A stretch of 20,000 nt of DNA, from the IMG/VR virus record IMGVR_UViG_3300008108_000135, one strand, 5' to 3'. Made by a program: the position numbers and the translations under genes. Positions 8,312 through 15,806 of the stretch are shown piece by piece; positions within the stretch are counted from its first letter, which is position 1; every line of letters begins with the position of its first letter. The notes beneath the pieces were generated by a model that worked only from the letters and a program-made list of their open reading frames with translations, was not told the DNA's origin and did not search any database. Source of the DNA: an uncultured virus (IMG/VR IMGVR_UViG_3300008108_000135) (taxonomy: Duplodnaviria > Heunggongvirae > Uroviricota > Caudoviricetes).

Positions 8312-9664
8312 TTATAATGCAATTTTAACCTGTGATTTTAAATAATCAGATTGTTGTACAATTTTTGTTAACAATTTTTTATACTCGGTTGGGTTTTTTG
8401 AAGATAGAATGTCAAAATGTTCTTTCACGAATTTTTCATCATAACCCAAAAGTTTTTTCATGTTAGGTGTTATATCTTTTTTAACACCTTTACCCCAATT
8501 AATTATATCGTCCAAAGTTTTAATGGTCACCTCTTTACCTAAACTTTTCATATATTTTTTTGTATTAGTACTAATACCATTTAATATTTTGGAGGTATTA
8601 GCAACAAGTTCTCTTGGGTGAAAATAATATGAGTTAGAAAAATATTCATCACTATATCTTTTAGTACCTGATTTATATTTTTTCATTAATTTTGAACTAA
8701 CGGATGATGGGTCTTTAATATGTGCCAATTCATGATAGAACAATTGGTCAATATCGGTAGGTGACATTTTCTTTACGTTATCTATACTAAACAATAAATA
8801 ATCATCCACCGCAAACCCGTAGCTACTACGGTAATTTTCACCCCACCATCTAACGGCATCATCAGATGTTATAAATAATACAGGGACATTTTTAACACCC
8901 GTCTTTGTTGTAACCTTTACTGAATGTCGTAATGGTTTAATATATTTCCTTAAAGTTAATGCTTTAGTTGCGGATGATGGTATATTTTTTACTTGTGAAG
9001 TTATTTTATGAATTTGAGATATTTCATCTTTAGTAAATTTAACCCCAAATTTAGAAACAAAATTCGCCATATTAGGTTTTGCGGTTTTTGAGGACTCTAA
9101 AGAACTCAAAAATTTCTTCCTATCAATTTTTTTACTTAAAAAACTTTGCACAAGTTTATCATATGATTCTTTACCAAATCTTTTAATATAAATCGGTTTT
9201 AACGTATTAACATAACTTAATATTGGTTTTGTTTCTTTAGTACCTCTAGAAAATAATTTTAAGAAATCCCCCAATACACCTTCGTTAATATTATCATCGG
9301 TAACCCACCATTTTGGGTTGCGACGCCTTTCCTCATACATATCCTCAAGAAATTGTCTTGTTTTCTTAATAAAATAACCATTGACAATATCTTTAGGGAG
9401 AAATGAAAACTCATCTATTGTCCGAACATCATCATAATAATCAAGTTTACCAATATTATCCACACCACGAACAACATACCAATAACGAAATGGCAATTTA
9501 AATTTACGACCATTAATGGTGAACCAAATATTAACACCATCATAAACTCTCCCGACAACATCATAAGTTTTTGCGCCATATTCAATTTCGTACTCAATGT
9601 TCTTCATCTTCAGGAGTTTCTCCATCGCACCACTTGTCTGTTCTTCTGAGATAATAATCTTCAT
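8312..9664 (-). CDS. Multidomain protein: class A leader, paralogous N-domain, basic region, zincin-like metallopeptidase domain
   Basis: Start re-called at 9664 (MKIIISEEQ), 4 nt after ATATTTAT (9669-9676); HELAH at 8720-8734 and a downstream Glu in YYFHPRELVAN. Confidence 0.8.
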   Translation of the reverse strand: MKIIISEEQTSGAMEKLLKMKNIEYEIEYGAKTYDVVGRVYDGVNIWFTINGRKFKLPFRYWYVVRGVDNIGKLDYYDDVRTIDEFSFLPKDIVNGYFIKKTRQFLEDMYEERRRNPKWWVTDDNINEGVLGDFLKLFSRGTKETKPILSYVNTLKPIYIKRFGKESYDKLVQSFLSKKIDRKKFLSSLESSKTAKPNMANFVSKFGVKFTKDEISQIHKITSQVKNIPSSATKALTLRKYIKPLRHSVKVTTKTGVKNVPVLFITSDDAVRWWGENYRSSYGFAVDDYLLFSIDNVKKMSPTDIDQLFYHELAHIKDPSSVSSKLMKKYKSGTKRYSDEYFSNSYYFHPRELVANTSKILNGISTNTKKYMKSLGKEVTIKTLDDIINWGKGVKKDITPNMKKLLGYDEKFVKEHFDILSSKNPTEYKKLLTKIVQQSDYLKSQVKIAL

Positions 9665-9790
9665 ACCAATAAATATATCATAAAATAAATCGCGGCGGGC
9701 GGGGACCAAAAGAAAAACGACCGAAGGTCGGACACGGTGAACGAAAATTTATCTTTTTTCTCCTTTTTTATTCCAAAATTATATAAGCAT

Positions 9791-9818
9791 AAAAAACCCC
9801 ACTTATGATGAGGTGGGG
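9791..9818 (-). terminator. Intrinsic terminator, CCCACC family
   Basis: CCCCACTT-ATGATG-AGGTGGGG stem plus U-tract. Confidence 0.75.
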
Positions 9819-9841
9819 ATTTAATTTAATTCAAAAATTAT

Positions 9842-10153
9842 TTAAAATTCATCTTCATTACCAAGAATATCCTGAATATCGGCCCCATAATAATCAGTAA
9901 TATAGTTTGCCAATAGCTCAGGTAAATCAAATCGTTTTAATCTACCCAAAATTTCTTCGGACAAATCCATTGCCATGTCTCTCATAGATTCATCATAACC
10001 ATCATAATCGTTAAGAACGTCCTTAACCTCTCTAAATATATCTTGTACAGTAATGGTTATAGATGAGCCTCCCATTTCATCATCATCTTCTTTAATAACT
10101 CGTTTAACGATTCTTTTTAAATCTGATTCTGTTAATCTTACAACTTTTTTCAT
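9842..10153 (-). CDS. Very acidic small protein with class B leader (MKKVVRLTESDLKRIVKRVIKE)
   Basis: 103-aa ORF; ATATTTAT at 10170-10177. Confidence 0.9.
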   Translation of the reverse strand: MKKVVRLTESDLKRIVKRVIKEDDDEMGGSSITITVQDIFREVKDVLNDYDGYDESMRDMAMDLSEEILGRLKRFDLPELLANYITDYYGADIQDILGNEDEF

Positions 10154-10206
10154 AATATCTTTTTTAATAATAAATATATTGTATTAATAAAAACTCCCAC
10201 ATTATA

Positions 10207-10560
10207 TCAATCATTCTTAAATGCATCAGCTTTTAAATCGTCATCATAATAACTTGTCCAATCAACCTTAAGTCCCGTGTTTTGTTCAAACCATTTTGTA
10301 ACCACGGGAACCCACTTATTGTGAAACAATCTATTAAGGTCTTGACTCATTTCATTAAATACCATTAATGATTTTCCATCACCCCAATCTGTGTAATAAT
10401 ACATCCGTTCATCATTAACATAAAAATTAATATCCCCATGTTTATTAACTTCTTCTCTATAATAATCATCACCAACCCAATTATAGTCGGGGTAAAATTT
10501 TAAATCAAGATATCTAATGATTCCTTGTTCGTACTTAGATTCAGAGATGATTACTTTCAT
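10207..10560 (-). CDS. Hypothetical protein, class A leader (MKVIISESK)
   Basis: Start re-called at 10560; ATATTTAT at 10565-10572; paralog of 6334..6693. Confidence 0.9.
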   Translation of the reverse strand: MKVIISESKYEQGIIRYLDLKFYPDYNWVGDDYYREEVNKHGDINFYVNDERMYYYTDWGDGKSLMVFNEMSQDLNRLFHNKWVPVVTKWFEQNTGLKVDWTSYYDDDLKADAFKND

Positions 10561-10581
10561 AATGATAAATATACTAAAAAT

Positions 10582-10610
10582 AAAAAACCCCACCTGTTAG
10601 GGTGGGGTTT
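10582..10610 (-). terminator. Intrinsic terminator, CCCACC family
   Basis: AAACCCCACC-TGTTAG-GGTGGGGTTT stem plus U-tract. Confidence 0.85.
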
Positions 10611-10632
10611 CAAAGAATATCTTATAAAACAT

Positions 10633-11184
10633 TTAACGAATATTTCTTATCTCACCAGTGGTGGCGTTATATTCATATTTATTTTTATTATCAATGGTCA
10701 CAATAACATATGGTGGTTCAATTTGGGTACTATAATTATAAGAGTCCAATTCTGGATTAATTTCCTCAATTTTTTTCAATATATAATTTTCCATCCATTC
10801 TTCCAATTCCCCATGCAAGATTTCCCTTTGTATTGTATTTTTTATGGAATTACCAATTTTTTTAAATGGTTTTTTAACAGCATCCCATATTTTACCTTCA
10901 CCAAGCTCTGATTCAAGGTCTTTTGAGTTTATCTTATTTAAAGCCCATTTCTTTAAATTATGTGCAACATCTTCATCAGCGGTTGCTCGTGAATAATTGC
11001 TAACAAATCTAATTTGTTTGTCCTCATCCATGGAATTAAAGTCAATGTCTTTACCAAGTTCAGTTCTAAGAACATCATTCATAAAATCAGAGACCTCCTC
11101 ATCAGACCAAATATTTGATTCTTTAATAACCCTTCTAACAATACGAGTTAACTCTGATTCTGTTAATCTTACAATCTTTTTCAT
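10633..11184 (-). CDS. Hypothetical protein with class B leader (MKKIVRLTESELTRIVRRVIKE)
   Basis: 183-aa ORF; ATGA overlap with upstream gene. Confidence 0.9.
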   Translation of the reverse strand: MKKIVRLTESELTRIVRRVIKESNIWSDEEVSDFMNDVLRTELGKDIDFNSMDEDKQIRFVSNYSRATADEDVAHNLKKWALNKINSKDLESELGEGKIWDAVKKPFKKIGNSIKNTIQREILHGELEEWMENYILKKIEEINPELDSYNYSTQIEPPYVIVTIDNKNKYEYNATTGEIRNIR

Positions 11185-11492
11185 TTTTTACATTTATTTT
11201 TTTTAAATCTTCTTATTTTTGCGCCACAAAGATTAAATTCGTCAGACCTTTCAGCATCTTCTTGAGCGGAAAAAGCTCTATTTAATAAATTCCATTTGTC
11301 TTCCATATTATTTATTTTACCACATTCAGAATCTTTAATATTTTCAACCTCTTTATATAAAGATTTAATTTCACCCATAAATTCACCGTGATTCATTTTA
11401 GCATATTTATGATGAGGTTTTTCATTTTCACTAATCACTCGTTTAACGATTTTCATCAAATCTGATTCGGTTAATCTTATAACTTTTTTCAT
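11181..11492 (-). CDS. Small protein with class B leader (MKKVIRLTESDLMKIVKRVISE)
   Basis: 103-aa ORF; ATATTTAT at 11507-11514. Confidence 0.9.
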   Translation of the reverse strand: MKKVIRLTESDLMKIVKRVISENEKPHHKYAKMNHGEFMGEIKSLYKEVENIKDSECGKINNMEDKWNLLNRAFSAQEDAERSDEFNLCGAKIRRFKKNKCKK

Positions 11493-11542
11493 ATTAATTT
11501 TTATTTATAAATATTAGGTAAAAACAAAAAACGGGGGACTAA

Positions 11543-11959
11543 TTAACTACGAACAAACTTATCGGTAGAATAATCATCAATCACTTGTTTAATGGGATAA
11601 TCATATGTTGATTCAAACCAAACCTTTAATAAATCATTAAACTTAGAACCAAACATTTCCAACATAGATTTAAAAGAATATTTAGAATAAATTAATAGCG
11701 GTGTTTGGAAACCATCAACAGGTTCGTTGTATGGGGGGTTCTCAGCATACTGAAATACCCAATCGTCATCTTCCCACCAACTATTATTATCATCATTATC
11801 ATCAATATTATAAAAATTAAGCGGGGAGTAATCAATATAAGTATTCTTATTATAATCATAATAGTCATAATCCCTTTCATGTTCATATAAATTAGCAAAC
11901 TCTAACATCATACTGTTGAATAGGGACTGTAATTTATCTTCCGTAATTAATACTTTCAT
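11543..11959 (-). CDS. Acidic hypothetical protein, class A leader (MKVLITEDK)
   Basis: Start re-called at 11959; C-terminal MFG...LLKVWFESTY motif shared with several ORFs in the window. Confidence 0.85.
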   Translation of the reverse strand: MKVLITEDKLQSLFNSMMLEFANLYEHERDYDYYDYNKNTYIDYSPLNFYNIDDNDDNNSWWEDDDWVFQYAENPPYNEPVDGFQTPLLIYSKYSFKSMLEMFGSKFNDLLKVWFESTYDYPIKQVIDDYSTDKFVRS

Positions 11960-11960
11960 C

Positions 11961-12314
11961 TCAATCGTCAAAATTTATTATTGGTAATAACTTATCCAAA
12001 TAAACTCTTGCTCTCTCAATAAAGTAACCATTAACAAGTTCCCTGGGGATGGATTCAAACTCATCTGTAATGCTAGCAAGGTCACCATGACTTACCATCT
12101 TAATGATATAATCCTTTTTTGTTTTGAAGGTTACCAATCTTGAATGCTCGTAAATTTGATTGGGATATTTAAACCAAACATTAACAACATCGTATTGTCC
12201 ACCATCAGTGCTATAAGACCTAAGCCCATATTCATAATGAATCTCAATACCCCTCTTGTTAAGGATACCCTCAATCATTTTATCTCTATTTGATTCGTTA
12301 AGAATGATTTTCAT
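11961..12314 (-). CDS. Hypothetical protein, class A leader (MKIILNESN)
   Basis: 117-aa ORF; ATATTTAT at 12321-12328; paralog of 7511..7861. Confidence 0.9.
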   Translation of the reverse strand: MKIILNESNRDKMIEGILNKRGIEIHYEYGLRSYSTDGGQYDVVNVWFKYPNQIYEHSRLVTFKTKKDYIIKMVSHGDLASITDEFESIPRELVNGYFIERARVYLDKLLPIINFDD

Positions 12315-12337
12315 ATACAGATAAATATAATGAAAAT

Positions 12338-12369
12338 AAAAAACCCCCTACATAAAAGAGGGGGTTTTT
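12338..12369 (-). terminator. Intrinsic terminator, possibly bidirectional
   Basis: AAAAACCCCCT-ACATAAAAG-AGGGGGTTTTT. Confidence 0.8.
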
Positions 12370-12823
12370 ATTCACAAACTTCTTTAAGTAACTTTAAATA
12401 TAAATCTAAAGATAAGTCATTTTTTGAAATGTTTACAAATTTTGTAACTACAATGGTATTTTCCTTAGTATATCCAATATCGCTATCTAATCTATCTAAA
12501 GATAAACTATACCAATCTTTCTCATTCATTGAAATTGGTTTTTTGGATATAAAACATTTTCCGTCTTGGGATTTTAATTTCTCAACAATATCATCATCAG
12601 TTATCTCAAACACAAACCCCTTTCTCGTTGCTCTATGTTTGGCACTCATAACTCTATAATGTATTAGATTATTTGACCTCCACTCCTTTTGTTTTTTTAT
12701 ATACTCATCTTTATCCCCCCTATTTTTATATTCTTTAGAGAGACAAACTTTACACTTGTTTTTTCTTTTAGGGTAAAAGTTATAAATTTCACTATCCCCA
12801 CATATTACACAACTATATCCCAT
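12368..12823 (-). CDS. HNH/beta-beta-alpha-Me-like endonuclease with N-terminal CxxC...CxxC zinc motif (homing-endonuclease-like)
   Basis: Start re-called at 12823 (MGYSCVIC...CKVC); SAKHRATRKGFVFEIT...QDGKC...SLDRLDSDIGYTKENTIVVTKFVNISK fits the DRxDxxxGYxxxN...NxxK pattern. Confidence 0.75.
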   Translation of the reverse strand: MGYSCVICGDSEIYNFYPKRKNKCKVCLSKEYKNRGDKDEYIKKQKEWRSNNLIHYRVMSAKHRATRKGFVFEITDDDIVEKLKSQDGKCFISKKPISMNEKDWYSLSLDRLDSDIGYTKENTIVVTKFVNISKNDLSLDLYLKLLKEVCE

Positions 12824-13012
12824 ATTTATAAATATCTTAGATAGTGAAAAAAACACAATGTTTTTTTTTTAATATTCCACATTTTTCATCCAGAAATTTT
12901 TTTTTTACATATGGACCCCTTTTCCCTTTTTCAGATTTTTACCCCAAAAATTTTTTTTTGGTTTTTCAGAAAAAATTTATATAAATGTTTTTTTACCCAT
13001 ACGTTTTGTTTA

Positions 13013-13125
13013 GGGGATTATCCCCCCTTTTTGACCCCAAACCACCTATATATGGAGGGGGGATACGGGGAGGGGAGGGGTATACCCCCCATATAGGGGG
13101 ATAATGGGGGTAGGGTGGAGTCCCC
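13013..13125. other. G/C-homopolymer island with G-quadruplex consensus and palindromes
   Basis: GGGGGG-ATAC-GGGG-A-GGGG-A-GGGG (13057-13080); GGGGTATACCCC (13077-13088); CCCCC-ATATA-GGGGG (13086-13100); GGGGA-TTA-TCCCC (13013-13025). Confidence 0.75.
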
Positions 13126-13246
13126 ACGTTATAATAACTCCCCCTGTCTTAGAACTTATCTATTAAGGTGAAGTCAAATAAATGACATATACAAATTGAT
13201 TTATTAACAATGACTATATGTCATGTTGATAAACATGGCATGGGGA

Positions 13247-13702
13247 TTACTCCACATCAATGTATTCAGATATGGATGGGTATCTTATTTGGGTATCTCC
13301 CCAAGATGTTACATAGGTTGCTTGGTATTCAGGTGGTAGGGAATTATAATATGATTCAAGGGTTGTTCCAATGGAGTTTCTTATTACTAGAATCTCGTTA
13401 TATATATCATCTTCAGTTGGTCCCATCCATGACTCCTCATCTCTTGACATATATGCCGATAATGATGATGACCTTGAAGCTCCCCCATATGAAAGTTTCT
13501 TTGTATAATAGTTATATGTCTTAGCAAACTCAGCGTAGTCCATAATGACATCAACAAACAATAGGTTCTCATATTGAGTATAGTTATGAAATAACTCAAT
13601 ACCCTTTATGAACTTGAACTTCTTGGACATTGCTCTTGATATAAATTCAATCCCTTTCTTTTGTGATTCATTAATGGGGAAATATCTTTCTTCTTCTTCC
13701 AT
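13247..13702 (-). CDS. Hypothetical protein
   Basis: Start re-called at 13702 (MEEEERYFPINESQKKG), 4 nt after ATATTTAT (13707-13714). Confidence 0.8.
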   Translation of the reverse strand: MEEEERYFPINESQKKGIEFISRAMSKKFKFIKGIELFHNYTQYENLLFVDVIMDYAEFAKTYNYYTKKLSYGGASRSSSLSAYMSRDEESWMGPTEDDIYNEILVIRNSIGTTLESYYNSLPPEYQATYVTSWGDTQIRYPSISEYIDVE

Positions 13703-13728
13703 AATCATAAATATAGTAATGATTTTAT

Positions 13729-13759
13729 TTTGCCGTGTCAATTACAATTTGTATCTTTG
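13729..13759 (+). promoter_or_regulatory. Bacteroidota-type promoter
   Basis: TTTG (13729-13732), 19-nt spacer, TATCTTTG (13752-13759). Confidence 0.6.
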
Positions 13760-13764
13760 TTTTG

Positions 13765-13890
13765 TTGGTGGATGTGATATCCGAAACGGGTCAGGGAAAC
13801 AGGTTCTTCTCTAAGAGGGTGGACTCCAACCTGCCTTATTGTTTTGAAAAGTATGGATGCGTTGGAGTCTACTCGGTCCCCATCTTTTGA
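13765..13890 (+). ncRNA. Candidate structured RNA (alternatively a 41-aa ORF)
   Basis: GC-richer segment after the promoter; 14-bp stem 13817-13830/13861-13874 with two G-U pairs on the + strand; hairpin at 13775-13793. Confidence 0.35.
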
Positions 13891-13902
13891 ATGGTTACAG
13901 AG

Positions 13903-13934
13903 CTAAGGTACAAAAACATTTTGACATATACAAA
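13903..13934 (-). promoter_or_regulatory. Possible Bacteroidota-type promoter, convergent with 13729-13759
   Basis: Minus strand TTTG, 20-nt spacer, TACCTTAG (one mismatch to TAnnTTTG). Confidence 0.4.
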
Positions 13935-13970
13935 CTTGAATATCATTTATATTATGATTATCTTTATACT

Positions 13971-14153
13971 ATGAAAACTGTAATGATTCTTTATATGATT
14001 ATGTTGGGGCTTATATTCATCCCCATCATTGTGTCTTCCATTCTATTTAATTATTTCCCCACCGCAAGGATTACCGATTGGTTCCGAAGAAATCTAATTA
14101 CAGATGTTGACCTTGAAGGAACTCCTCCACCATCTGACGAGAGTGAGTCCTGA
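13971..14153 (+). CDS. Small single-pass membrane protein (60 aa)
   Basis: Start re-called at 13971 (MKTVMILYMIMLGLIFIPIIVSSILF), preceded by the -7-like element TATCTTTA (13959-13966). Confidence 0.65.
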   Translation: MKTVMILYMIMLGLIFIPIIVSSILFNYFPTARITDWFRRNLITDVDLEGTPPPSDESES

Positions 14154-14394
14154 TGGTTTGTGATACCTCATTATAACTTTCTTCATTGAGTGGGGACTTT
14201 AAATTCCAATAGTCAATCACTTCCCCCATGTTAGATTCGGTTAGAATTAATATGGTCTGTCTTATGGGTTTGTTTACTCCCACCTTCTCTACCTTCTCAT
14301 ATACACAGACCCCACTATAGTCACCCAATATATATGTGACAGTATACTTTGGGGACTCATTGGTTACCACAATATCAAACTCATTTAGTATCAT
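14098..14394 (-). CDS. Hypothetical protein
   Basis: Start re-called at 14394 (MILNEFDIVV), 4 nt after ATATTTAT (14399-14406); 3' end overlaps the convergent gene by 56 nt. Confidence 0.7.
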   Translation of the reverse strand: MILNEFDIVVTNESPKYTVTYILGDYSGVCVYEKVEKVGVNKPIRQTILILTESNMGEVIDYWNLKSPLNEESYNEVSQTIRTHSRQMVEEFLQGQHL

Positions 14395-14435
14395 ACCTAT
14401 AAATATAGGTTTTGGTACATATAAATCAATCATAT

Positions 14436-14494
14436 ATTGTTCATAACTTTTTACCCTGACACTATGACAGGAGGGAATTGTTGATAACTTTTTA
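14436..14494. repeat. 18-bp direct repeat with DnaA-box-like core
   Basis: ATTGTTCATAACTTTTTA (14436-14453) and ATTGTTGATAACTTTTTA (14477-14494); core reverse complement TTAT[GC]AACA resembles TTATCCACA. Confidence 0.6.
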
Positions 14495-15247
14495 TGTTAA
14501 ATTTCTTGATTTTGACAAAATGTCATGTTTGTTTGATGATGGGGATAATCCCCTCGTTAGGAAATTCACTCCCACTTCTTCCCACAATTAATGAAAACAT
14601 AACACTGAATTCTTAGTTCCTGATAGTGTAAGGACCAATTTTTCCCCTCTGTAGGGGTCTGTAGGTCCAGTTTTTTAACTATATATAAAACCCAGCAAAT
14701 TATTATACTTATGGTACATAGAGCGGGGAAACACTTTAGTGTGTTAGAGATGACCATAGATAAACCTTCAACGGACCACTTATGTGGGAAAAAGTGGTAG
14801 ACAATATGACAGACACCTCATCAGATTATAATATATAAAGTTATTATCTATATCATATTAAACAGGTTAAACCTGACTACAAAGATATAATTAATAACTT
14901 ACTAAAGGGGGATTATATGTTTAAACATACATTAAACACCTATGGTGTTCTTTTATATGTTATTAAGTATAATCCCCATCATACGGAACTCATCTAATCT
15001 ATAATTTGTCTATAGTATAATGGGGGACATCTTATTAGACCACACATTTAAATGGGGGGATTATTGTGTAAACTATTTATACATTATAACCTAATATAGT
15101 TATATCATATGTTTATAACCTTATTTGGTTATAGTTGTTTATATTAAGGTAAAGATTACTCTCGTCACTGAACATAATAGTATAGGATAAAATTATGAAC
15201 GAGGAAATGTAGTGAATGAAATGAACGGTAATGGACGAGTGAGTGAT

Positions 15248-15806
15248 TTAATCGTATACTCTTATGTCAATAATAAACCACTCACCATTAAAGTCCTCCA
15301 CTAAACAAGTGGAGTTCTCACAAAAGTCTCCTGAGTTCATATAGTCTTTATCTAACTTGGGTTGGTGTATATGTCCACATACTGAAACATCATATCCCTT
15401 TTGTTTTGTTAGATAACCATCTTACTTTCATTATAACAAAATCTAATACATCCCCATGAAAACAAAAATACTTTCTTCCGTCTAATCCTATATGGACATA
15501 CTTCCTTACAATCTCAATATTATTCATCTTAAATGGAACGAATGGTTTTAAGAAATCATCATGGTTTCCCCTTATATAAATTACCTTTGTCCCATTCTCA
15601 CTTCTCTTCATAAACCTTCTGAATATCTTGGAACATTCTTTATTCCATTTCCCTTTTGATTTTAATGCCCAACCATCTATAATATCCCCATTAAGAATTA
15701 ATATGTCTGATTCATTCTCCTCTAAAAAACTTAGTATCTTCTTTGTTTGTGATTGTCTTGCTCCTAAATGTAAATCACTCATTATTATTGTTCTCCACTT
15801 TTTCAT
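15248..15806 (-). pseudogene. LpxH-like (UDP-2,3-diacylglucosamine hydrolase family) metallophosphoesterase, split by a frameshift with an apparent internal deletion
   Basis: First frame (15806-15390) has DLHLG, GDIID, GNHD and HGD. The missing C-terminus LTKQKGYDVSVCGHIHQP...YMNSGDFCENST...RVYD* is in a shifted frame at 15412-15248. Confidence 0.85.

Noticed and set aside
11521..11542. Possible terminator AAAACAAAAAACGGGGGACT
   Set aside because: A-tract and G-run are present but there is no convincing complementary arm.
12911..13096. 61-aa ORF across the homopolymer island, and the 14566..14757 ORF
   Set aside because: Low-complexity translations with no upstream motif; more likely non-coding.
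13765..13890. tRNA gene
   Set aside because: No cloverleaf or TTC-loop consensus; no tRNA or rRNA recognised anywhere in the window.
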